Shown here in pieces: positions 52,968-63,173 of a stretch of 64,000 nucleotides of DNA. The stretch comes from an uncultured Gemmatimonadales bacterium (GTDB taxonomy: Bacteria > Gemmatimonadota > Gemmatimonadetes > Longimicrobiales > Gaopeijiaceae): contig CAWGKG010000012.1 in NCBI GenBank assembly GCA_963823035.1, forward strand, positions 288,001 to 352,000. Reading direction: 5' to 3'. A program made the translations under genes and the position numbers. The notes beneath the pieces were generated by a model. It did no database searches. It worked only from the letters and a program-made list of their open reading frames with translations, and was not told where the DNA came from. The first letter of the stretch is position 1, and every line of letters begins with the position of its first letter.

Positions 52968-54725
52968 GTGAAACCCCGATCGAAGATCCTCGGACAACTC
53001 CTCCTCGACGCCGGTGCGGTGTCTGCCGATGCGCTCACGCAAGCGCTGGAGGCTCAACGGACCGTGGGCTCGCGCATCGGCGAGGTGCTCGTGGAGAGGG
53101 GCGCCGCGGACGCCGAGACGGTGTCCCGGGCGCTGGCGCTCCAACTCGGGCTCCCCTATGCGCCCGCCCCCCTCGCGGTAGACGACGAGGCGGTCCGCAT
53201 CGTGCGACCCGAGCTGGCGAGACGGCGATCCGTCCTCCCGCTGCGTACGGCACCCCGATGCCTCGTGGTCGCCATGGCGGACCCGCTGGACCTCGGCGCC
53301 GTGGACGACCTGCAGTTCCAGACCGGCCGACGCGTGGACGTGGAGGTGGCCACGCCCGCCGCGGTCGTGGAGGGCCTCGATCGCTGCTACGGCGGCGCCC
53401 TCGAGGGCCTGGTGGCGTCGCTCCCGGCCGAGTTACGCGATCGCGCGGTCGATTCCGGGGACGAGCTCGAGCGGGCCACCCGCTCCGCACCGGTCGTGCG
53501 CCTCGTGGACCGCGTGCTTCGCGAGGCGGTGGACGGCGGCGCGAGCGACATCCACGTGGAGGAGACGGGAGGCGACGTCCGCGTGCGCTACCGCGTGGAC
53601 GGCGTCATGCGCCGCGCCCTCGAGATCCCGGCCGCCGCCCGCCACGCCGTGCTGTCGAGGCTGAAGGTCATGGCCGCCATGGACATCTCGGTCCGCCGCC
53701 GCGCCCAGGATGGACGGATCGTCCTGTCGCACGCGAGCCGGACCCTCACCATGCGCGTCTCGACGCTCCCGGTGAACGGCGGGGAGAAGGCCGTGGTCCG
53801 CATCCTCGACGCCGAGGGCGCGCCGGCTTCCTTCGACGCGCTCGGCCTCTCCGCCTCGGACCTCGTGCGCATCCGCAGGATGCTGACGGCCCGCGAGGGC
53901 GTGGTGCTCGCCGCCGGGCCCACCGGCAGCGGGAAGAGCACGACGCTCTTCGCGGCGCTCTCCGAGATCGACCGGGAGCGCCAGAACGTCGTCACCCTCG
54001 AGGATCCGGTGGAGTATCGCCTCACGGGGGCGAACCAGGTCCAGGTCGACCGACGCGCGGGGCTGGGCTTCGCGGACGCGCTGCGTGCCGTGCTGCGGCA
54101 GGACCCGGACGTGGTCATGGTTGGGGAGATCCGCGACCGGGAGACCGCGGAGATCGCGATGGCCGCCGCCGTCACCGGCCACCTGGTCCTCTCCACGATC
54201 CACACGACGGACGCCCCCGGCGCCGTGACCCGCCTGCTCGACATGGGCGTGCCCGCCTTCCTGGTGGCGGGGGGTCTCACCGGCGTCATCGCCCAGAGAC
54301 TCGTGCGGCGCATTTGCCGCGCGTGTGCCGGGAGAGGGTGCGCCGAGTGCGACGAGGGGTACCGGGGGCGCACCGGCGTCTTCCAGGTGCTCACCGTGAC
54401 GGACGCCCTCCGCGACGAGATCACGGGCGCGGCGTCGACGGCTCGCCTGCGCGCGCTCGCTCGCGAAGCCGGCATGGGGCGCCTGGGTGACGACGCCCGC
54501 CGCGCGGTCGCCGAGGGCCTCACGACACCGCATGAGATCGTACGGGTCATCCACGCCGATCCGGGCGCGTCCCTCCCCTGTCCGGGCTGCGACGGGGAAG
54601 TACCGATCGGCGCGGCGGCGTGCCCTTCCTGCGGCCGCCATCGCCGCCGCACGTGCGCGTGCGGCGCGGAGATCGACAGTGGTTGGCGTTTCTGCCCCCG
54701 CTGCGTGCGTCCGGTGGTCGCGTAG
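52968..54725 (+). CDS. GspE/PilB family ATPase with MshEN N-terminus and C-terminal double zinc ribbon
   Basis: ASDIH, QDG, GPTGSGKST, EDPVE, LRQDPD, GHLVLSTIH; terminal Cys pairs. Confidence 0.92.
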   Translation: MKPRSKILGQLLLDAGAVSADALTQALEAQRTVGSRIGEVLVERGAADAETVSRALALQLGLPYAPAPLAVDDEAVRIVRPELARRRSVLPLRTAPRCLVVAMADPLDLGAVDDLQFQTGRRVDVEVATPAAVVEGLDRCYGGALEGLVASLPAELRDRAVDSGDELERATRSAPVVRLVDRVLREAVDGGASDIHVEETGGDVRVRYRVDGVMRRALEIPAAARHAVLSRLKVMAAMDISVRRRAQDGRIVLSHASRTLTMRVSTLPVNGGEKAVVRILDAEGAPASFDALGLSASDLVRIRRMLTAREGVVLAAGPTGSGKSTTLFAALSEIDRERQNVVTLEDPVEYRLTGANQVQVDRRAGLGFADALRAVLRQDPDVVMVGEIRDRETAEIAMAAAVTGHLVLSTIHTTDAPGAVTRLLDMGVPAFLVAGGLTGVIAQRLVRRICRACAGRGCAECDEGYRGRTGVFQVLTVTDALRDEITGAASTARLRALAREAGMGRLGDDARRAVAEGLTTPHEIVRVIHADPGASLPCPGCDGEVPIGAAACPSCGRHRRRTCACGAEIDSGWRFCPRCVRPVVA

Positions 54726-54824
54726 CGCACGAGCGGCGCGGCGGAGCGGCCGTTGCCCCTCCCCGCGGGCGGCGTCAAACTTCCCCCGTCGAGTCGGTGT
54801 CCGCATGGGATCCGAGAAGCTCCG

Positions 54825-56042
54825 ATGGCCATCCCCTTCTTGCGCGTCCGCAGCTTCCAGGGACGCATCTTCCTGGCCATCCTCGTGGTCGTTCTGGCCC
54901 CCGCCGCCGTGGGCGTCGTGGGCGGGATGCTCACGCTCCGGACGATCGGGACACGCACGGGCACGCTGGGCGCGTGGGACGCCGTCGCCGAGTCCGGTCA
55001 GACCCTCCTGGATGCGGTGGACACCGCGGCCGCGAGCGACTCCCTGCTTCGCGCGGCCGCGCAGAAGCATCGCCGTGCTCTCTCCGAGTCGGTGCGGATG
55101 TCACGCGTGTGGACGCTGCTCGTCGAGCGCGTGGTGGGCGCGCTCCCCGCCGCGGCGCTCTTCGCCGGCCTCCTGGTGGGCGCGCTCGCCTTCCTGGCCG
55201 CGCGTTTGATCGCGCGAGGGTTCGGCCGACCGGTGGCGGAGCTCGCCGGGTGGACGGAGCGGATCGCGCGCGAGGAGCCCCTCCCCGAGCCTTCGGACGA
55301 CGAGACGTCGGTCCAGGAGCTCGCCACGCTGCGCGACGCCCTCCGGCGCATGGCCGACCAGCTCGAGGAAGGCCGGCGACGCACGATCGAGAACGCACGC
55401 ATGCGCTCGTGGACCGACTTCGCGCGCAAGGTGGCCCACGAGATCAAGAACCCCCTGACACCGATGAGGATGGCGGCCGCCACGCTGAGCCGCGGGAGGG
55501 AGGGTCCGGAGGCCGAGGCGGGTAGGATCCTCCGCGAGGAGATCGAGCGGTTGGACGACCTGGCGCGCACCTTCTCGCAGTACGGCCGCATCCCGGAGGG
55601 CCCGCGATCGCGCGTGGATCTGGGGGAGCTGCTCACGTCCCTCTCCTCGCAGCACGCGTCGGAGGCGACCCCCGTCGAGGTGCGCCTCGACGGCAGCGTG
55701 GAGGTGGAGGCGCACTACGACGCCCTCGAGCGCGCGCTGCGCAACCTCGTCGTCAACGCCGTGGAGGCGCAGGAGGGCGGCGGCCGCGTGGACATCTCCC
55801 TGGAGGGCGAGCCCGAGTGGGCGGTGATCCGCGTCGAGGACGAGGGACCGGGGGTGCCCGAGGACCTCCTCGAGGAGATCTGGAACCCGGACGTGACCAC
55901 CAAGCGTCACGGCACGGGCCTGGGGCTCGCCATCGTCCGGCAGACGGTCTTCCACCACGGGGGCACGGTCACGGCCAGCAATCGCGCCGGGGGCGGAGCG
56001 GCCTTCGAGGTGCGTCTTCCGCGGACCACCGAGTCAGGATGA
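54825..56042 (+). CDS. HAMP sensor histidine kinase (NtrY-like)
   Basis: Two TM segments; ARKVAHEIKNPLTP, NLVVNA, DEGPG, GTGLGL. Confidence 0.92.
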   Translation: MAIPFLRVRSFQGRIFLAILVVVLAPAAVGVVGGMLTLRTIGTRTGTLGAWDAVAESGQTLLDAVDTAAASDSLLRAAAQKHRRALSESVRMSRVWTLLVERVVGALPAAALFAGLLVGALAFLAARLIARGFGRPVAELAGWTERIAREEPLPEPSDDETSVQELATLRDALRRMADQLEEGRRRTIENARMRSWTDFARKVAHEIKNPLTPMRMAAATLSRGREGPEAEAGRILREEIERLDDLARTFSQYGRIPEGPRSRVDLGELLTSLSSQHASEATPVEVRLDGSVEVEAHYDALERALRNLVVNAVEAQEGGGRVDISLEGEPEWAVIRVEDEGPGVPEDLLEEIWNPDVTTKRHGTGLGLAIVRQTVFHHGGTVTASNRAGGGAAFEVRLPRTTESG

Positions 56043-56070
56043 CACACCCGGGCAAAGGGGCGCGTAGGTG

Positions 56071-57435
56071 ATGTCCATGAACGTTCTCATCATCGACGAC
56101 GAAGGCAACATCCGGCGGATGCTGCGCATGCTCCTCGAGTCCGAGGGCTACGGCGTGCGGGAGGCCGGAACCGCGGAGGAGGGCCTGGTCGAGGCGGAGC
56201 GACAGCCACCCGAGGCGATCCTCCTCGACCTGATGCTCCCCGCCATGAGTGGGCTGGACGCCCTTCCCCGCCTGGGTGCCCTCGTCCCGGGCGTGCCCGT
56301 CGTGATGATGAGCGGCAGGGCCACGCTCTCCGACGCCGTGGAGGCGACGCGAAGGGGCGCGTTCCACTTCATCGAGAAGCCGCTGACACCGGAGACCGTG
56401 CTGGTCACCCTGCGCGCGGCGATGGAGGTGAGCCGCGCCCGCGACCTGACACGGGCCCTCACCGCGGAGATCGGCCCGGAGGCCGAGCTGGTGGGCCTGA
56501 CCCCCACGATGAACCGCGTGCGCGATCTGGTGCGGAAGGTCGCGCCCACCGACGCCCGCGTGCTCATCACGGGGGAGAGCGGCACGGGGAAGGAGCTGGC
56601 GGCCGCCGCGATCCACGGCCTCTCGAAGCGAATGGGCGGGCCCTTCATTCGCGTCAACTCGGCCGCGATCCCGCGGGACCTGGTGGAGAGCGAGATGTTC
56701 GGCCACGAGAAGGGCGCCTTCACGGGGGCCACCGAGAGACGGCGTGGACGCTTCGAGCTGGCGCACGGCGGCACGCTCTTTCTGGACGAGGTGGCCGACC
56801 TGGGGGCCGATGCCCAGGCGAAGCTGCTGCGGGCCCTCGAGACCGGCGAGGTGGAGCGGGTCGGCGGGTCGGGACCCATCGGCGTGGACGTGCGCGTCAT
56901 CGCCGCCACCAACCGGGACCTGCACGAGGAGTGCAAGACCGGGCGTTTCCGCGAGGACCTCCTCTTCCGTCTCGAGGTCGTGCCGATCCGCATGCCCCCG
57001 CTGCGCGAGCGGCTCGAGGACGTCCCCCTCCTCGTCGAGCATGCCCTGCGGCGCCTCCGGCGCCGCCAGGGAATCCGCGCTCCGCGCTTTTCGCGCGAGG
57101 CCGTGGCCGCCCTCCAGCGCTATGCGTGGCCGGGCAACGTGCGGGAGCTCATGAACCTGGTGGAGCGGCTCTCGATCCTCACGTCCGGCCCGGAGGTGCA
57201 GCCGCCGGACGTCTCCGCCGTCCTGCCGCGCGCGCAGACCGCCGCGCCCGACACGCCCGCCTACGAGGACGCCGACACCCGCGGGCTCCGCGACCGGCTG
57301 GACGACTACGAGCGCGAACTCATCGCCGGTGCCCTCCACGCGGCCGCCGGCAACGTGGCCGAGGCCGGCCGCAGGCTCCAGACGGACCGGGCCAACCTCT
57401 ATCGCCGGATGAAGCGCCTCGGAATCCGAGAGTGA
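56071..57435 (+). CDS. Sigma-54-dependent response regulator (NtrX/NtrC-like)
   Basis: IIDDE, LLD, GESGTGKE, GAFTGA, WPGNVREL, Fis HTH. Confidence 0.95.
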   Translation: MSMNVLIIDDEGNIRRMLRMLLESEGYGVREAGTAEEGLVEAERQPPEAILLDLMLPAMSGLDALPRLGALVPGVPVVMMSGRATLSDAVEATRRGAFHFIEKPLTPETVLVTLRAAMEVSRARDLTRALTAEIGPEAELVGLTPTMNRVRDLVRKVAPTDARVLITGESGTGKELAAAAIHGLSKRMGGPFIRVNSAAIPRDLVESEMFGHEKGAFTGATERRRGRFELAHGGTLFLDEVADLGADAQAKLLRALETGEVERVGGSGPIGVDVRVIAATNRDLHEECKTGRFREDLLFRLEVVPIRMPPLRERLEDVPLLVEHALRRLRRRQGIRAPRFSREAVAALQRYAWPGNVRELMNLVERLSILTSGPEVQPPDVSAVLPRAQTAAPDTPAYEDADTRGLRDRLDDYERELIAGALHAAAGNVAEAGRRLQTDRANLYRRMKRLGIRE

Positions 57436-57556
57436 GCAGGCGTGTAGAATCGTCACGACCCGGACCCCGCACAGCGTGAGCGGGACACACCTCCCCCGAC
57501 CGGGGCGAATCCACCTAACGTCAGGTCGGACATGAAGATACGGAATCACACGGGAA

Positions 57557-57571
57557 TGGTACGCTCCCTGC
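57557..57571 (+). promoter_or_regulatory. Sigma-54 -24/-12 promoter
   Basis: TGGTACGCTCCCTGC fits GG-N10-GC; 50 bp upstream of the ATG at 57622. Confidence 0.65.
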
Positions 57572-57621
57572 CTCCAGCGCCGTTGCGAACCCGGTGTGAT
57601 CCGAACGGAGGGTGGAAACCC

Positions 57622-59348
57622 ATGCGGTGGAAGACGGGATGGATCTGTGCGCTCCTCGCCCTCGCGGCGCCCCTGGGCGCGCAGGAGCAGGGCGTCGAGG
57701 AGCTGAACCTGCCGCGGCACGTGGCAGACGACATCATCGCTTTCTTCAACCGACCGTCCACGCTCCGCTTCCAGGGGCGCGCCGACATCCCGGCCGGCCG
57801 ATCGATCGGAGGCGACGTCGCCGTGCTGGGGGGCCCGATCACGGTGGCGGGGGAGATCGACGGCGACCTGGTGGTGGTGAACGGATCGCTCTCGGTGCCC
57901 GACGGCGGGAGGATCACCGGAGACGTCACGGTGGTCGGTGGGGAGGCCAACGTCGACGTGGCTTCGGTGGGTGGACAGCTCACCGTCTACGAAGAGGCGC
58001 TCACCTACGAGCGCCGCGGCGACCGGATCGCCTACGACGAGTCGCCGTGGAGGCGGTGGGAAGAGCGCCGTCGTCACGGACGCTCCTGGTTCTCGGTGCG
58101 ATCGGCGGGCAACTACAACCGCGTCGAGGGGCTGCCCGTGATGTTCGGTCCGGTCTTCCGCACCCGCGGCGACGACGCCTTCCGCCTCGACGTGATGGGG
58201 ATCTGGAAGTCGGAGTCGGGGATCCGCCTCGCCCCCCGCGAGCTGGGCTACCTCTTCCGCGCCGAGCAGCACTTCGGTCCGGGGAGCCGGTTCTCGGTGG
58301 GGGGCACCGCGCACTCGCTCGTCGACCCGATCGACCCGAACGGGCTCCTGGACATCGAGGCGTCCCTCGCCGCCTTCCTGCTGCACCGCGACTACCGCGA
58401 CTACTTCGAGCGGCAGGGCTTCAGCGGCTACGTGCGCTACGACGAACCGGACTGGGGGCTGCACCTCGCGTTGGAATACCGGGACGAAGAGCACAACTTC
58501 GTGCCGGTCGGCAGCCCATGGACGCTGAAGCGCAACGACGCGCCCTGGCGCCCCCAACCGCTCGTGGCGGAAGGGCGGCTGCGCACGGTCACGTCGGACG
58601 TCCTCGTGGACGCCCGCAACGACCGGGACGACCCGACGGACGGCTGGTATCTGGAAGCGCGCGCCACCGTGGGCCTGGGCGGCGCGCTGACGCTCCCCGA
58701 GTACCGTCTTCCGAACCCGCAGCCTGCCACGCTCGCCCAGGAAGGCGCCCGGTCGACACGGACTTCAGCACCGGGGTGATCGACCTGCGGCGCTACGCGC
58801 GCCTCGGACCGGGCGCCGACCTCCGTCTGAGGGGATACCTGGCGGGCTCGCTCGACGGAGGCGCCCTCCCGCCGCAGTTCCAGCGGACGCTCGGAGGGGA
58901 GGGCTCACTGCCGGGACACCCGCTCATGTCGGTCGCCTGCGGTGCGCGCGACCGGCCGTTCTCCGTCTACAGGGAGGTGGACGAGGAGAACGTGCGCATG
59001 CCGGTCTACGCCGGATACGGGTGCGATCGCGTCGCGCTCTTCCAGGCGGAGTACCGGAGCTCCCTCTTCTTCGACTTCGATCTGGGCCCGGGCGACGACT
59101 GGGACGACAGCTGGGACTGGTATCCGGTGGTGGACCTCCATCCGAGCTGGTCGGTCTTCTTCGACGCGGGCCGGGGATGGTCGCTCGCCGACCCGGCGGA
59201 CCCGGCGTTCCTCGGCCCGTCCACCAAGACCCATATGGACCTCGGCTTCGGGCTGCTCCTGGGCGACATCGGCCTCTATTGGGCCTGGCCGCTCTCCGGG
59301 AGCAGCAAGGACGCGAACTTCTTCCTGCGTATCGATCATAGGTTCTGA
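57622..59348 (+). CDS. Secreted protein: bactofilin-like N-terminal repeats plus BamA/TamA-like barrel (frameshift ~58745)
   Basis: Signal peptide; GDVAVLGG/GDLVVVNG/GDVTVVGG repeats; YNRVEGL, LGGEGSLPG, FFDAG, terminal Phe. Confidence 0.7.
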
Positions 59349-59349
59349 C

Positions 59350-60042
59350 GGCAGCGCTCGACGCTGGAAGCCGGCCCGACGCCACCGGGCTGCGCACCTC
59401 CTCTCCAGGTCCCCCATCCTCGGGGCCCTGTGGGTCGCGCTCGCCCTCTCGCCCGCGCACGTCCGCGCGCAGGACGACGCCCCGCTGACCATTACGGCCG
59501 CCTCCGAGGGCGGCGAGCTCCAGATCCACATCGGCGATCTCTTCGAGGAGCCGGGGCTGGGGCGTGCGCTGCAATCCGGGCTTCCCCTGCGCATCCGGAT
59601 CGTCGCCGAGCTCTGGAAGGACGGGTTCTTCGACTCCCAGAAGGGTCGCTCGGAATGGCGTGCCACCGTGCTCTTCGACCCGCTCGAGCAGAAGTACCGC
59701 GTGCTGACGGCATCCGGCACCGTCGAGCTGTCCGTGGACTCGATCGCGGGTGTGCGCGACGCGCTCCAGAACTCCTTCTCCCTCCCGCTGCGGCCCCGGG
59801 AGGAGGGGCGCTACTACTACGACGGCGAGGTGCAGGTGGAGACGCTCTCGCTCACCGACCTCGAGGAGCTGCAGCGATGGCTGCGCGGCGACCTGGCACC
59901 GGCCGTGAAGGGCGACCAGGCGATGGAGACCGCCGTCGGGCGGGGGGTGCGCCGCGCGATCGTGCGCATGCTCGGCCTCCCGGCACGCCGCTTCAAGGTC
60001 CGCACCGAGTCGTTCGACGTCGGTCCGGTGGATCCCCGCTGA
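59350..60042 (+). CDS. DUF4390-like secreted protein (start uncertain)
   Basis: ALQSGLP, ELWKDGFFD, FDPLEQKY; sits beside an NtrYX-like pair. Confidence 0.6.
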   Translation, partial: GSARRWKPARRHRAAHLLSRSPILGALWVALALSPAHVRAQDDAPLTITAASEGGELQIHIGDLFEEPGLGRALQSGLPLRIRIVAELWKDGFFDSQKGRSEWRATVLFDPLEQKYRVLTASGTVELSVDSIAGVRDALQNSFSLPLRPREEGRYYYDGEVQVETLSLTDLEELQRWLRGDLAPAVKGDQAMETAVGRGVRRAIVRMLGLPARRFKVRTESFDVGPVDPR

Positions 60043-60061
60043 GGGAAGCCGGCCAGGCGCG

Positions 60062-61166
60062 CTAGCGAAAGGCCGCCCGCCTCGAAGGTGAGCGCCTCGA
60101 TCCGCCCGACGTCCGGATGCACGCCGATGCCCGGGCCTTCGGGCACGCGCATCTCCCCTCCCTCCACGACGAACTCGGGGTCCACGACGTCCCGCTCCCA
60201 GTAGCGTCGCGACGCCGAGATGTCGCCCGGAAGGGTGAAGCCCTCCAGAGACGCGAGCGCCACGTTGTGTGCCCTCCCCACGCCGGACTCGAGCATCCCG
60301 CCGCACCACACCGGCAGTCCCTTCGCCTTCATGACGTCGTGGATCCGCTTCGAAGACGCGTGGCCCCCGACGCGGCCCGGCTTGATGTTGACGATGCGGC
60401 AGCTCCCCAGCTCGAGGGCGAGCTCGAGGTCCCCCACGGACTCGATCGACTCGTCCATGCAGATCGGCGTGCGCAGGCGTTCCTGCAGCCTCGCGTGCTC
60501 GAGGAAGTCGTCGTAGTACAGGGGCTGCTCGATCATCATCAGGTCGAGAGCGTCGAGCTCCTGGAGCCTGGGCGCGTCGGCGAGCGTGTACGCGGAGTTG
60601 GCGTCCGCCATGAGCCGCACGTCCGGGAAGCGCTCTCTCAGGCCGGCGAGCATCTCGACGTCGCGCCCGGGCTTGATCTTGATCTTGACGCGGGCGTATC
60701 CCTCGTCGACATAGCCGCCCACCTTCTCGTGCAGCGCCTCGTCCGTCTTCTGCAGCCCGACGCTCACGCCGACGGGCACGCTCGTGCGGGTGCCACCGAG
60801 CTTGTGCGAAAGCGAGACGCCGTCCATGCGCGCGGCAAGGTCCCACGCCGCCATCTCCACCGCGGCCTTGGCCATGTGGTGGCCGCGGATCCAGGAGACG
60901 GGCGCCAGCACGTCCTCCGGTCCGGCCGCGTCACGTCCTACCACACGCGGGAGGATGAAGTCGGTCAGGAGGTGCCAGGCCGTCTCGGTGGTCTCGTACG
61001 AGTAGGACGGGTCCTCCCCCACCACACACTCCCCCCATCCCTCCAGCCCCTCGCCGTGCAGCGTGAGGAGGAGGATGCGGCGGTCCTGCTTCCCGCCGCT
61101 GCTGATCTCGAAGTACTCCTTCAGCCGCAGGGGGATCTCGCGGAGCTCGGCACGCTCGATCTTCAT
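60062..61166 (-). CDS. menC: OSBS/N-succinylamino acid racemase (enolase superfamily)
   Basis: GWGE, KIK, DAN, IEQP, MDES, NIKPGRVGG, WCGGMLESG; 3' end inferred across a frameshift. Confidence 0.88.
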
Positions 61167-61997
61167 GGGTTCCCTTCTCGTGTGAGCAGGTAGTCGGAGG
61201 TGCGGGTTCCGCGCAGCAGCTCGCGCACCTCGTAGCCCCGGTCCAGGTAGTGGGTGAACACCGTACGTGTCGCCTCGCGCCAAGCCACGGCGAGCTCCAT
61301 CGAGTCGGCCATGACCGCGGAGATGTCGACCGGGATGGCGACCCGCACCCTCGGCGCTTCCAGCTCCGTCAGAGGCGCACCGGGACGCGGAAGCTCCTCG
61401 TCCGGATCCGCCTCGGCCAGCGCGGCGGGATCCGCGGCGTGCGCGTCGGCGGCGGGGCCGCGCTCCCGCCCGCCCGTTCGGCGCTCCACGCGCTCCGAAT
61501 CCATCTGCCAGAGCGCGATGAAGCGGTCCGTGCCGATGCCGCGGTGCAGGGGAGAATCGGTCTCGCCGTACATGTCCTGCACGTACTCACGCGCGACGAT
61601 CCCGAGCTTGGAGAAGTTCAGGTACGCGTTGCGCGACTGCAGGGGGTCGAAGGTCCAGAACATCGTCCTCACGCCGCGACTCCAGCAGGATGCGACGCTG
61701 GTACGCCTTCAGCTCGGCGCCGAGGCCCGTGTCGCGCAGCCCGCGGCGCACCGCCAGCATGTCCGACCAGTGCACGACCTCGCCGTCCCGGACGCCGGTC
61801 ATCCCGAACACGAACCCCACCAGCGTTCCCCGCTCGTCCCAGGCGCCCGATGCGACGCCGCCCAGGATCTGGGCGACCTTGAGGATCGCCGTCGGCACGC
61901 GCTCGGAGAAGCCGTGCCCCCACGTCTCCTCCTGCAGCGCGACGCACGCCCGCAGCTCCTCGATCGTCCCGAGGGGGCGGAGGGTCCAGGCGCTCAT
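61163..61997 (-). CDS. GNAT N-acyltransferase (frameshift ~61672)
   Basis: LQEETWG, HWSDMLAV, WTFDPLQSRNA.LN..KLG, TDRF, WR..TR. Confidence 0.85.
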
Positions 61998-63173
61998 CCC
62001 GACACCGGCGCCATGAGCAGGAGGGCGAGGAGGGCGCACCGGTCCACGGTGGCGTCCACGAGGATGTGCTCGTGCAGTGCGTGGGCGCCGTCGCCGACCG
62101 CGCCGAGGCCGTCGAGGGTCGCCGCGTATTGGCTGATGACGCTTCCGTCGGAGGCGCCGCCCACCATCGTCTCGTCGATGTCGAGACCGAGCGCCGTCGC
62201 CGCCGCGCGGGCCCGCTCCCAGAGCCTCCGGTTCGGCGGCGTCCGCTCGAGCGGCGGGATCCTCATGCCTCCGGAGACCTGCAGGGTGACGCCCGGCGTG
62301 GCCGATGTCAGCCCGAGGATGGCCGCCTCGATCCGGCGTCCGTCCTCGGCGCGCGCGACCCGGACGTCGATCTCGGCGGTGGCACGCGCCGCCACGACGT
62401 TGGGGCGCGTCCCGCCCCGCACCACACCGACGTTCACCGTGGTACCCTCCCCTCCCTCATCGAGCGCCTGCAGCGCGCCGATCACGTGCGCCAGCTCGGC
62501 GACTGCGCTCGCACCCTCTCCGGGGCTGAGTCCGGCGTGGGCCGCCCTTCCGTAGATCTCCACCTGGAAGTTGCCCACGCCCTTCCGCGCCGTCTTCAGC
62601 TTCCCGGTGGGGCCGGCCGCCGGCTCCGCGACGAAGGCACGGCACGCGTGGCGCGCCAGGCGCCGCACGGTGCGACCCGACTCGGGGCTGCCGATCTCCT
62701 CGTCCGAGTTGACCAGCACGACCGGCGTGGCCGGGGGCGTGGCTCCGAGGTCCCGCAGGACGCGCAGGGCGAAGACGATCAGGGCGAGGCCGGCCTTCAT
62801 GTCGAACGTCCCGGGACCGTGCAGTCGACCCTCCGTCTCGCGCACCGGCATCTCTTCGAGCGTACCGTGCGGCCAGACCGTATCACAGTGTCCGACCAGG
62901 AGTTGCAGCGGTGCGCCCCGGGTCCGTCCGGACGGTCTGGCGAGGATCAGGCCGCCGCTTCGCACGCCCGGCCAGAGCCGCGACCGGTAGCCGACGTCGC
63001 GCAGGGCATCGACGAGCATCGCCTGGACCGGGGCCTGCCCGGCCGCGTCGTCCGTGGGCGACTCGCTCTCGGCCAGCCGAGCGATGAAGGAGACGATCGC
63101 TGTCGCGCTCCGCCCGCACGCGGGCGAGCACGTCCGCCGGTTCGACGCCGCCGAGCCTCCCGGCTGTCGTCAT
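61994..63173 (-). CDS. M20 family metallopeptidase (N-terminal frameshift)
   Basis: GHCDTVW, GPGTFDMKAG, SDEEIGS, GGASDG, GAH. Confidence 0.9.
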
